From Gemmatimonadaceae bacterium (GTDB lineage: Bacteria > Gemmatimonadota > Gemmatimonadetes > Gemmatimonadales > Gemmatimonadaceae), in NCBI GenBank assembly GCA_044224875.1, contig JBGAJQ010000058.1:1-33960 (forward strand): a DNA stretch of 33,960 nucleotides, given 5' to 3'. A model generated the notes under the pieces. It was not told the DNA's origin. It did not search any database and was given only the letters and a program-made list of their open reading frames with translations. Shown here one piece after another: positions 18,700 through 27,656 of this stretch. Position 1 is the first letter of the stretch; each line of letters begins with the position of its first letter. Both the position numbers and the translations under genes were made by a program.

Positions 18700-19131
18700 C
18701 TAACGGGTGCGGCCAAGCAGCGCGCGCACGCGCGGATCGCGCAGGTACAGACCGCCCCACAGGAGGATGGCCATGTATACGGGCGACAGAATGTGCGTGA
18801 ACATGGGATTGCCAAGCCGCACATGCGTGGCCACGGCACCGCCCAGGTAACCGGTCAACAGTGCTGCGCCGAGTGGGGACGTGCGCGGAATCACGTACAG
18901 GATGAGGCAGGCGAGTTGGATCAGCCCCAGCGGCAGCACAAGACTCGGCGCAAAGCCGAGTTGTACGGTGCCTTCGACAGCCACCTGCGCTTGCACCAGC
19001 TTCACGCCCACATCAAAGGCCATGAAGGCGAGGGCGAGGCCGGTGATGATGCGGCCGGCGATGACGCCCTTCGACGTGCGGGAACGGGCAACGGACAGCG
19101 GGGCGGCAGACTGCAGTATGGTGGCACTCAT
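18700..19131 (-). CDS. DoxX family membrane protein
   Basis: LYVIPRTSPLGAALLTGYLGGAVATHVR...WGGLYLRDPR. Confidence 0.92.
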   Translation of the reverse strand: MSATILQSAAPLSVARSRTSKGVIAGRIITGLALAFMAFDVGVKLVQAQVAVEGTVQLGFAPSLVLPLGLIQLACLILYVIPRTSPLGAALLTGYLGGAVATHVRLGNPMFTHILSPVYMAILLWGGLYLRDPRVRALLGRTR

Positions 19132-19156
19132 GATGGTCTCCGATTGAGTTATGCCC

Positions 19157-19187
19157 TATAGACCGGAGGTCGGGTCAAAACTCATCG
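19157..19187 (-). promoter_or_regulatory. SigG-type ECF promoter CGATGA-N18-GTCTATA driving doxX-VOC
   Basis: Minus strand reads CGATGA gttttgacccgacctccg GTCTATA, 25 bp upstream of the doxX ATG and directly downstream of the SigG-like sigma gene. Confidence 0.85.
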
Positions 19188-19336
19188 TTCGCCGCCAACT
19201 TTTTTTTCGATTCCCTCCCAACTCGGCAATTCGCCGGCCTCGCGCCTGCGCCTCGGTGAGGCCCGCCGGCGCCTTCTATATAGAAGGGCCTTGCCCCGCG
19301 ATCGAATGGCTTTGCCCCAGCGTGGGCGCCGTTACC

Positions 19337-20299
19337 TCACTGCACGGTCCACTTCATGGGCAGGCCAAAGCGCGGAAAGAGCGTCTCCACATCCAGATAC
19401 GATGTCATCCCCATGATCCGGTCGGCACCCAGCTCGAGCATGACAATCGCCCACGGTGTGTCACCCCCATCGCGGTACTGCGCCCACGCGGGTGTGCCAC
19501 CCGACGCCTGAACAGGGACCATCACGGATCCCTTGCAGCCAATCCCAAAGGTCGACAGCCAACGCCCGATATTCTCGTGCCCCTGCAGCCACATCTCGTA
19601 CGGCGGCATGGAGAGCGTCGCCTCCTCGTGCAGCAACTTCACGATGGCCTGCACATCGTAGCGCTCGAACGCCTGCACATAACGAGTCACCAGCGACTGC
19701 TGCTCGGCGGTAAGCGCGCGCGGCACCACGGACGGATTGCGCGCTTCCATGGTCGCCCGCGCCCGCTGCAACGCGCTGTTGACGCTGGCGACGGACATCT
19801 CCAGACACTCGGCGGCCTCGGCGGCGGACCAGTTCAGCACCTGCGTCAGCAGCAACACAGCGCGCTGGCGTGGGGGCAGGTACTGTAACGCGGCCACGAA
19901 CGCCAGGCGGATGCTCTCGCGCAGGATGGCGCGCTCCTCTGGGTCGCTGTGCTCGTCCGCCGGGATCGCCATCACGTCGGGGATGGGCTCCACCCAGTGC
20001 TCGCGCGGTTGCTGGGGCAGCGTCATGTCCTCGCGCACCTGGGCCGGCGCGGTTGTGCTCTCCATGGGACGAAGGCGGCGTCGATCGCTCGATGAGAGCG
20101 CGTCCAAGCAGACGTTGGTGGCGATGCGAATCAGCCACGTCTTCATCGACGACTGTTCCTTGAACCGGTCCAGACTCTTCCACGCGCGCAGCATCGCCTC
20201 CTGCACAGCGTCCTCGGCGTCTACGATGGAGCCGAGCATGCGGTAGCAGTGACCGGTGAGGACCGGACGATAGTGTTCGAGAACTGCGGCAGAGGTCAT
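19337..20299 (-). CDS. ECF sigma-70 factor with SnoaL-like C-terminal extension (SigG/ECF56-like)
   Basis: HCYRMLGSIVDAEDAVQE, WLIRIATNVCLD, RESIRLAFVAALQYLPPRQRAVL, SVNSALQRARAT, and C-terminal LSMPPY...LFPRFGLP. Confidence 0.93.
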   Translation of the reverse strand: MTSAAVLEHYRPVLTGHCYRMLGSIVDAEDAVQEAMLRAWKSLDRFKEQSSMKTWLIRIATNVCLDALSSSDRRRLRPMESTTAPAQVREDMTLPQQPREHWVEPIPDVMAIPADEHSDPEERAILRESIRLAFVAALQYLPPRQRAVLLLTQVLNWSAAEAAECLEMSVASVNSALQRARATMEARNPSVVPRALTAEQQSLVTRYVQAFERYDVQAIVKLLHEEATLSMPPYEMWLQGHENIGRWLSTFGIGCKGSVMVPVQASGGTPAWAQYRDGGDTPWAIVMLELGADRIMGMTSYLDVETLFPRFGLPMKWTVQ

Positions 20300-20555
20300 G
20301 AGGCGGCGTTGGCCGTGGCGGCTCCGCTGAATTTCATTGGTGGGTCTCGCCAGGAGCAAGCGCGCAACTTCCAACGCACCAGCGACGCAGGATCGACCCG
20401 GACATGGTCGGGCATCGACTGAAGGAACCGCGCGTACGTCCGGAAGGCGTTATGAAGCTCCCCTGAGGGAGTGCTGTAGGGTTCGCTCTTCCGCCGCGTG
20501 TCACTTTGGTTCCAGACCTCATCCGCAGCGCCAGGTCCGTCCTCCACGGAGTCGC

Positions 20556-21200
20556 ATGAAAGTCGCGCGAGCTGTCACGCTGCTGACGTTCGGTGTGTTG
20601 GCTACGCGTCCGATCGCTGCCCAACAGCTGAGCGGTGGCTTCGTGATCCTGTCCGCCGATCATGAGCTGCTCGGCGATCCGCTGGTCGGAGGGCAGCTGG
20701 GCATGCGTTTTGACATTGGAGCGTCGCGCTTCTCTGTGCATGCCGGCGCCACCGGAGTTCAGCAGAGTGCCGACCGAATCGGCATACCGTGTGCTGGACT
20801 CATCCCACCAGGTGGCGAGTGTGCGGAGCAGCCAATTCGTGACGATGGGTCATACCGGGAGGTCGCCGTTGGCGCCGGATTCCGCGTGCTCGGGTCGGGG
20901 TTGGCTGAGTTGGGGCTGACGACTGATCTGTCGATCGGGCGAGTCGATACCGACTCGCATGGTTCCGTGAACGGCCGCGTACTTTCAGCTGAACGCATGC
21001 TCTTGGGAGTCAGTGTCGGCGCTGAAGGTGCCATGTACTTCTCCCGTCGGTCGCCACTTGCCGTTGAGGTGCAGGTTTCGTTAGGCCGTTTTCGACCGCG
21101 GGCGATCGAGCAGATTGCGGACGGCTACACGCCCTACGAGAATGGCTTTGACGCCAGTCGCATCCGGCTGGGCGTGGCGTGGCGCCCACGAGCGAGATAG
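20556..21200 (+). CDS. Secreted protein, probable small outer-membrane beta-barrel
   Basis: Signal peptide ending IAA-Q, alternating beta-strands, C-terminal RIRLGVAW. Confidence 0.7.
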   Translation: MKVARAVTLLTFGVLATRPIAAQQLSGGFVILSADHELLGDPLVGGQLGMRFDIGASRFSVHAGATGVQQSADRIGIPCAGLIPPGGECAEQPIRDDGSYREVAVGAGFRVLGSGLAELGLTTDLSIGRVDTDSHGSVNGRVLSAERMLLGVSVGAEGAMYFSRRSPLAVEVQVSLGRFRPRAIEQIADGYTPYENGFDASRIRLGVAWRPRAR

Positions 21201-21314
21201 GAGGTTCCGCCGGAGCGCCCGGCGCGCAGGATTCATGCGCCACCGGCGTGCCGGGACTCGTGCCCGGACGACTTCCCTCTATCGAAGCTCCCCTCTCCCG
21301 TCGCAACTTGAGGG

Positions 21315-21710
21315 ATGACACGGGTGCTCGTCATCGAGGACAGCGACCAGCTTCGCATGATCGCCACGCGTTTTCTCAAGTGGGGCGGTTACGAGGTGGT
21401 GGAAGCGTCGAAGGGGTCGACAGGCCTCGAGATGTTTGCGGAGCATGGCGCCGACGTGCTCATCACCGACATCCACCTGGGTGACCTCAACGGAAACGAT
21501 GTCATCCGCACCCTGCGGGTAGCGGTGGCGAACCTCCCAGCCGTCTTGATGACCGGGTCCGTCCAGGGCCTGCCGGAGACGCGTATAATTGATGCGGATC
21601 TCGAGAGCACGGTGTGTTTGCTCTACAAGCCATTCACCCAGGCGCAGCTCTCCGCGTCAATTCAGGATGCCATGGCGCGGCGTCCAGTCGTTGCGCCTCC
21701 AGGCGCATAG
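21315..21710 (+). CDS. Single-domain response regulator (receiver only)
   Basis: RVLVIEDS, ITDIHL (phospho-Asp), LMTG, YKPF. Confidence 0.92.
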   Translation: MTRVLVIEDSDQLRMIATRFLKWGGYEVVEASKGSTGLEMFAEHGADVLITDIHLGDLNGNDVIRTLRVAVANLPAVLMTGSVQGLPETRIIDADLESTVCLLYKPFTQAQLSASIQDAMARRPVVAPPGA

Positions 21711-21860
21711 CTCGACGAGCGTGGCACAACCTTCCGTCAGGCTGGATCAGACCACGCCGCGCGCAGAGACAAGCGGCGCGGGACGCACATCAGTCGACGA
21801 CGGGTCCAATCGGAGTGGCACTCCAATCACCGGCCGCGACGCTTGGAGTTGCAAGGTCAC

Positions 21861-23108
21861 GTGACACCGAGTCGCGTCCTGATTGTTGGCAGCGGCGTCG
21901 TTGGGCTGTGCGCTGCCTACTACGCGCTCAAACGCGGCATGGCTGTCACGATCCTCGAACGTGGTGAGGCTGACGGTGACTCCTGCTCGCTCGGCAATGC
22001 CGGGATGGTGGTGCCGAGTCACTTCATTCCGTTGGCGTCTCCCGGGATGGTTGCACGCGGCCTTCGGGCCATGACGAATCCCGAGAGTCCGTTCTACATG
22101 CACCCGCGCCTTGATTTCGCCCTGATGCGGTGGAGCACGCAGTTCGTGCGCTCGGCGACGGCGCAGCACGTGGCCGCATCACGAGAGCTGTTGCGAGACC
22201 TGCACCTGGAGAGCCGGCGGCTCTTTACCGAGTTGGCGACGGACGATGATTTCGGGTTGGTGCAACGCGGACTCTTGATGCTGTGCAAGACAGAGAAGGG
22301 CCTGGAAGAAGAAGCACGGGTTGCCCATCAAGCACTCGAGATCGGGCTCGAGGCGCAAGTACTCGACGCGCGGGCGACGTCATCGCTGGAGCCGAACCTC
22401 ACCATGGACGTGGCCGGATCCGTCTTCTTCCCACAAGACTGCCATCTGGATCCGGTTCGCTTTGTCGATTCCATGCGCCGTCGCGTCCTGGCACTCGGCG
22501 GCGGGATCGAGTACGGCGTCGAGGTCGACCGCATCGAGGCCGCCAGCGGTCGGGTGACAGCGGTGCGCGCCGCGGGGCGGCGATTCAACTGCGACGCCCT
22601 TGTTGTTGCTGGCGGATCATGGAGCGCGCAACTGCTGTCGACCGTTGGATGCTCACTGCTACTCGAGGCCGGTAAGGGCTATTCGCTGACACTTCCGTCT
22701 CCGCCACAGCTCCCAACGCTTTGTGCCATCCTGGCGGAGGCGAGCGTCGCGGTCACGCCGATGGGTACGCGCCTGCGGTTTGCCGGAACGATGGAGCTGG
22801 CGGGGCTCGACCGATCGATCAATCGGGCGCGCGTGCAGGGGATCATGAAGTCCGTTGCCGCGTACCTTCCCCAGTTTGGCCCGGAGGCGTTCGTGGGGAT
22901 CCCCCCGTGGGCGGGACTGCGTCCGGTCTCGGCGGATGGTGTGCCGTACCTGGGCAGGTTGTCGAGGCTACCGAACCTCATCGTCGCGACCGGGCACGCC
23001 ATGATGGGCGTGAGCCTCGCGCCGGCCAGCGGCCGATTGGTCGCCGAATTGCTGGCGGGAGACGCGACATTCCGGCCGATCGAGGGCATGACGCCAGAAC
23101 GGTTCTGA
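21861..23108 (+). CDS. FAD-dependent D-amino acid dehydrogenase (DadA-like)
   Basis: GSGVVG Rossmann motif, SLGNAG, GKGYS, WAGLRP, ATGHAMMGVSLAP. Confidence 0.92.
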   Translation: MTPSRVLIVGSGVVGLCAAYYALKRGMAVTILERGEADGDSCSLGNAGMVVPSHFIPLASPGMVARGLRAMTNPESPFYMHPRLDFALMRWSTQFVRSATAQHVAASRELLRDLHLESRRLFTELATDDDFGLVQRGLLMLCKTEKGLEEEARVAHQALEIGLEAQVLDARATSSLEPNLTMDVAGSVFFPQDCHLDPVRFVDSMRRRVLALGGGIEYGVEVDRIEAASGRVTAVRAAGRRFNCDALVVAGGSWSAQLLSTVGCSLLLEAGKGYSLTLPSPPQLPTLCAILAEASVAVTPMGTRLRFAGTMELAGLDRSINRARVQGIMKSVAAYLPQFGPEAFVGIPPWAGLRPVSADGVPYLGRLSRLPNLIVATGHAMMGVSLAPASGRLVAELLAGDATFRPIEGMTPERF

Positions 23109-23115
23109 GCGGTCA

Positions 23116-23290
23116 CCTCCAGCATATCTCGTACTATCACCCGCTGGACTAAATCCATGCGCTGTCCGTAGCGTAGGAGCTGGAGCAGGGACCGGCCGCC
23201 CAGGACGCTGCGCAGATCCTCGCCAACTCGCGGATGTGCGCGGAAGGACATCGCCCCATCTGTCAGGACACGCAAGAACACGCGGGACGC
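23116..23290 (+). pseudogene. Degenerate copy of the 5' part of the fumarate hydratase gene
   Basis: Aligns by eye to 29474-29632 plus 29788-29804, with TAC>TAA and TAC>TAG stops, small indels and a 155-bp internal deletion. Confidence 0.92.
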
Positions 23291-23475
23291 GCCAGCTCCA
23301 TCGAAGATGGTCGTCGAGGTCGCCCGCACTTGCCCGGGCGCCGTGAAGCCTGGATCGAGCGTGGAGGTGGCACAGGCGTGTCCACTCTTGAGTCGAAACG
23401 GCGCCGCATGAGGTAAGGCCTCCGCAACATCTGGCGGCCGGGACTCGTTCGCCTGTTCTGCCTGGAGGCTTCCTC

Positions 23476-25953
23476 ATGCGCTGGACCCAAGCCAGCATCC
23501 GTTCGCGGGTCTTGCCGACCGCCCGCTTCGTCCGTCGTTCAACCTGGACGGCGCGCCTGGTGGCGCCGAACCTCCTTCTTGCGCTCGGCGCTTGTCTGGG
23601 CGATCGCACGGTGGCTCCGGAGCATTCACCCGCAATCCAGCGCAGTGGCGACGTGTTGGGGAATGCCGCATCCGTCGCGGCCTTCCCGACCTGCACCCAT
23701 CACTGGAATGCAGCGACCAGCGGCAACTTCAGTGATGTGGCGCGTTGGAATCCGGGTACTGTCCCGGGCACGAGCGATGTCGCGTGCATCGATGCGGCGG
23801 GCACGTACACCGTCACGCTATCCTCGAGCCAGGTCCTCAACGGCCTCAAGATCGGGAACGGCTCGGCCGCGGTCACGGTCGTGACTCCAGCGACAAAGGC
23901 CACCCTCGCCATCACCACCGCGCTGTTCGTCACCAGCAACAGCACGCTGACGGGCTCACCGTGCGGAATCGACATCGTCGGCAATGCCGGCTCGCGAGTT
24001 GTCGTAAACGGCACGCTCAACATGACGTTTGGCAGCTGTGCCGGGGTACCGTCGAGCACGATCTTCGCCGATACGCTCGCGAACAACGGCACGATCAACA
24101 TCGACGCCTTCCCCACCACCGCAACGATTACCAACGGCGGGCAGTTCCTGAACATGGGAACGTTGTCGCTGACGACGAACTTCACGGTCCGCACGGTGGG
24201 TCATCCGACCGTCAATCTCGCGTCGGGGGCGTTGACGGGCGCGGGTGTACTCAAGGTGATCCCGAACTCTTCCTCGCGGTCTGACATCCCGCGCGTCGAA
24301 TGGAGCGGGGGTACGCTCCCTTCGGTGGTCCCGCTGCAGTACCCAAACGTTCAGGTCCGTGCGGACACCTTTGTGCTCGGGACGCCATCACTCGCTGGCG
24401 CGATACTCCTGCTCAAGGAGCCAGCGGAAACCACGCTCGTGCGCGGCAACATCGGACAGAGCGTTGACCTCTTCGTGCTCGGATGCGACCAGTCCCTCTA
24501 TCGTTTCGAGCGAATCGGCGGTGCGCCAACTCGCAACGATGGCAAGCTGACCGTGGATGCCAGCAGCCCTACGTGCCCGACAACGACAACGACGCTGACT
24601 GGCCCGGGGCTGCTCAACAATGGTACGCTGACGATCACACAGCATCAGACAAGTACGGTGACCCTCCAGTTCGACTCCCTTGTGAACAGCGGTACCGCCG
24701 CCTTCAACACGTCAGCGACGGTCGGCGGCAGCGGCAAGCTCCTCCGCAATGCGGGCAGCATCCAGGCGCAAGGCCTGTCACAGTTGAAGCTGGACGTGGG
24801 CTCGACGCTCGTCGCGGAGACTGGCAGCACGCAGACCGGGCAGCTCATTCTCAACTCCACATCGGTCTACGGTACGGGATCGCTGGGCTCCGTCACCTCC
24901 ACAGCGTCATCGATCTTCCCGGGCGCGCAGACAGGCAACGTCGTTGGCACGCTCACTGCCGCGTCGCTCGTCATGGACGCTGCCAGCAAGCTCACCGTGG
25001 ATATGTCAGGAGTGGGCGCGGGAAGCCACGACGTGCTCGCGTTGACTGGCGCCGTCACGTACGGGGGTAACCTCACGGTCAACGCGCTATCGCCCTTCAC
25101 CGGTGGCGTGTGCGGCGACGTCGTCCCGATCATCACCGACAACACGGGGAACAGCCGCGGCGCCTTCAACTCCTTTACCGGGCTTCAGCCATCAGCCACA
25201 TCCAACTGGCGCAGCTACAACCCCACCCACGAGTATGACCTGGTGGCCTACAACCCCAGCATCACCGTGGAAGTTGCGACGTCGGCGATCGCCGTCACCG
25301 AAGGCGGCGGTGGGGTGAGCTACCCGGTCTGTATTTCGCGCGCACCTGCGGCGAACGTCACGGTGACGCCAACCAGTTCCCTGGGGCAGACGACGTTCGC
25401 GCCGTCAGCCGCGATCTTTCCCATCACGGGTTGGGAGGCCCCGCAACGCCTCACCGTCACCGCCATCGATGATGCGGTCGTCGAACCACCCATGGTCGAC
25501 GTGGTCACGCATCCCGTCACAAGCGCTGACCCGACGTTCAACGGCTCTCCGACGAACAACCTCTCCGTAACCGTCGCCGACAACGACGGGAATGCCGATC
25601 TCTCCCTCGCGATCACCGCCGGCCCATCCACGGTGCCACTCGGCACCCAGTTCACGGCAACGTGGGACGTCAGCAACACAGGTCCCACGCTCTCCACCGG
25701 GGCGACGTTCAACATCCCGCCCGTCGCCGGCTTCAGCTACGTCAGCTCAACCGGCGCCACGTGCAGCGTGCAGGCTGCGACTGGAATCACGTGCACCATT
25801 CCTGCCGTGGCCTCGGGTGCGAAGGCATCGTTCTCGATCGTCGCCAAGGCCAAAGCGCTCGGTGCCTGGCCGGTCACCATGACGGTGAGTGGCCAGCAAC
25901 CGGACCCCAATTCGGCGAACAATACGAAGCTCAAGACTGTCACCGTGAACTAG
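23476..25953 (+). CDS. Large surface lipoprotein: beta-helix/passenger-like repeats, Calx-beta-like Ig domain, C-terminal DUF11-like domain (true start may be downstream)
   Basis: Lipobox LALGAC; N/T/G-rich repeats (NNGTL/NGTI); VTEGG..P.ANVT..TVTAIDD..V.V.DND; ADLSLA..VSNTGP..DPNSANN. Confidence 0.85.
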   Translation: MRWTQASIRSRVLPTARFVRRSTWTARLVAPNLLLALGACLGDRTVAPEHSPAIQRSGDVLGNAASVAAFPTCTHHWNAATSGNFSDVARWNPGTVPGTSDVACIDAAGTYTVTLSSSQVLNGLKIGNGSAAVTVVTPATKATLAITTALFVTSNSTLTGSPCGIDIVGNAGSRVVVNGTLNMTFGSCAGVPSSTIFADTLANNGTINIDAFPTTATITNGGQFLNMGTLSLTTNFTVRTVGHPTVNLASGALTGAGVLKVIPNSSSRSDIPRVEWSGGTLPSVVPLQYPNVQVRADTFVLGTPSLAGAILLLKEPAETTLVRGNIGQSVDLFVLGCDQSLYRFERIGGAPTRNDGKLTVDASSPTCPTTTTTLTGPGLLNNGTLTITQHQTSTVTLQFDSLVNSGTAAFNTSATVGGSGKLLRNAGSIQAQGLSQLKLDVGSTLVAETGSTQTGQLILNSTSVYGTGSLGSVTSTASSIFPGAQTGNVVGTLTAASLVMDAASKLTVDMSGVGAGSHDVLALTGAVTYGGNLTVNALSPFTGGVCGDVVPIITDNTGNSRGAFNSFTGLQPSATSNWRSYNPTHEYDLVAYNPSITVEVATSAIAVTEGGGGVSYPVCISRAPAANVTVTPTSSLGQTTFAPSAAIFPITGWEAPQRLTVTAIDDAVVEPPMVDVVTHPVTSADPTFNGSPTNNLSVTVADNDGNADLSLAITAGPSTVPLGTQFTATWDVSNTGPTLSTGATFNIPPVAGFSYVSSTGATCSVQAATGITCTIPAVASGAKASFSIVAKAKALGAWPVTMTVSGQQPDPNSANNTKLKTVTVN

Positions 25954-25995
25954 ATGTCCTGACAGGGGCAAGGACCGCATCGCGCTGTATACGCA

Positions 25996-26023
25996 GAAGG
26001 GCGGAGGCTGACCTCCGTCCTTC
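25996..26023. terminator. Hairpin between convergent genes (likely bidirectional terminator)
   Basis: GAAGGGCGGAGG-CTGA-CCTCCGTCCTTC, a 12-bp stem with one G-U pair. Confidence 0.65.
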
Positions 26024-26067
26024 CGCGTGCGAACGAACGCAGAGTCGCGTTGGCGTTTAGTCCGACA

Positions 26068-27237
26068 TCACGGCCAGTACAATTCGGTGCTCGCAATGCC
26101 TGGATACGCTCCCGCCACGAGGACGCGCCCGTCGCCGAGCAGCGTGGCGGTGAAGCTGTATCGCGCCACGTTCATATTACCCGTGGCCGTCCACTGGCGT
26201 GTGACCGGGTCGAAGAGCTCCGCGCTCGAGAGTGTCAGCGCGCCGTCTGCGCCGCCCATCACCAGCACCTTGCCGACCGGTGTGGGAAGGGCGACCGCGG
26301 CGAAGAAGGCTCGAGGGGTCGACATGCTCGCGGTCGCGGTCCACCGATTGGTCTTGGGCGTGTAGAACTCGGCGGCGGCGAGCATCGTGGTCGCATCCGC
26401 TCCGCCGATGACGAGCACTCTGCCACCCGGGCCAGAGACCGCCTGCCCGAGACGCCGGGCGTTCAGCATGGAGGCCGCGGGCGACCATGTGCCGGTGGCG
26501 GGGTCGTAGAGCTCCGCACTGGCCGTGATGGCACCGAGATCCGTCAAGCCGCCCGAAACGAGCACCTTACCGTTAGGCAGGAGCGCGGCGGTGTGCTGCG
26601 CACGCGCGATCGCCATGCTGCCGGTGGGCGTCCAGGTGCCTGTCACCGGATCGTACAGCTCCGCCGTTCGACCGGCGTAGATCCCGCAGGTGGAGAAACA
26701 GCCGCCGGCCACGAGCACGCGACCGTTCTTGAGGAGTGTCGCGGTGTGATACGAGTGGGGAGTGTTGAGGCTGGCGATGGCGCTCCAGACACCCGTAGCG
26801 GGGTCATACAGCTCGGCGGTGGACGAGGAGGTGGCACAGGTTGTGTTGGCGCACCCGCCCGCGGCAAGCACCTGCCCATTGGGGAGCACCGTGGCCGTCG
26901 CGGCGATGCGGATGTCGTTCAAGCTGTTGCCTATCGTCCACGCGCCCGTCGCGGGGTCGTACAACTCCGTTGGACCGACTGGCGCCGGACGCGGCGTGCG
27001 CACCAGTCCGCCGAGCTGCAACACGCGACCGTCGTTCAGCCGCACGGCAACGGAGCTGTAGCGGGCTCTGGTCATGTTTCCCGTCAGCGTCCAGCTTCCC
27101 GACGCCGCATCGATCGCGCCCAGCGAGGCCGCAGGCGCCTCTGTAATGGTGCCACGCGCTGGGTCGTTCATACACGCGGCGAGCGCCGCGGCCAGTGCGA
27201 GCGCAGCGCGCGCCATGGCGGTTGATGAGCTTCGCAT
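26068..27237 (-). CDS. Kelch-repeat beta-propeller lipoprotein
   Basis: Lipobox LAAC; seven repeats of L.(N/D)G.VL..GG....ELYDP.TG.W. Confidence 0.93.
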   Translation of the reverse strand: MRSSSTAMARAALALAAALAACMNDPARGTITEAPAASLGAIDAASGSWTLTGNMTRARYSSVAVRLNDGRVLQLGGLVRTPRPAPVGPTELYDPATGAWTIGNSLNDIRIAATATVLPNGQVLAAGGCANTTCATSSSTAELYDPATGVWSAIASLNTPHSYHTATLLKNGRVLVAGGCFSTCGIYAGRTAELYDPVTGTWTPTGSMAIARAQHTAALLPNGKVLVSGGLTDLGAITASAELYDPATGTWSPAASMLNARRLGQAVSGPGGRVLVIGGADATTMLAAAEFYTPKTNRWTATASMSTPRAFFAAVALPTPVGKVLVMGGADGALTLSSAELFDPVTRQWTATGNMNVARYSFTATLLGDGRVLVAGAYPGIASTELYWP

Positions 27238-27656
27238 CGTTCCTCCCGAAAGAATCCCGCGTAACGGCGGCACATACCGTCTCGTCCAAGAGGGAAGTCG
27301 GCCACATGGAGGCCGCGAGCGGCCCACGGTCGCGCAGGATGCGGCGGATAGTGTGTGTCACGCATGTGCGTTCGCGTCGGGCGCGTTGCGGATTTCGCGT
27401 GCTGGGAAGTCCGATTGTGCAGCGCTGCTGCACGACATGGACGACTTCGCCACGTGTGGGCCACATGTCGCGACGCGGCGGCTTGTCCCTCAACACCATC
27501 GGCATGGGCGTTGAAGCTGTACGTGGCAGAATCGGCGTGCGCCGTCCGCGCATCTACTGTATCATGCGCTCGATGGAGTCGAGCCTATCAGCGCCCATTC
27601 AACGCTGGCATGACCACGGCTACGCTCCAAACACACCTCTCCCAGAGACGCCCGCC

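Noticed and set aside
20425..20455. GGAAC...CGTT possible ECF promoter upstream of the beta-barrel gene
   Set aside because: The spacer is 19 nt, longer than the usual 16-17.
27500..27580. WALKLYVAE in ORF 27355..27660, reminiscent of KaiB 'LRLYVAG'
   Set aside because: Similarity does not extend beyond about 6 residues; likely chance.
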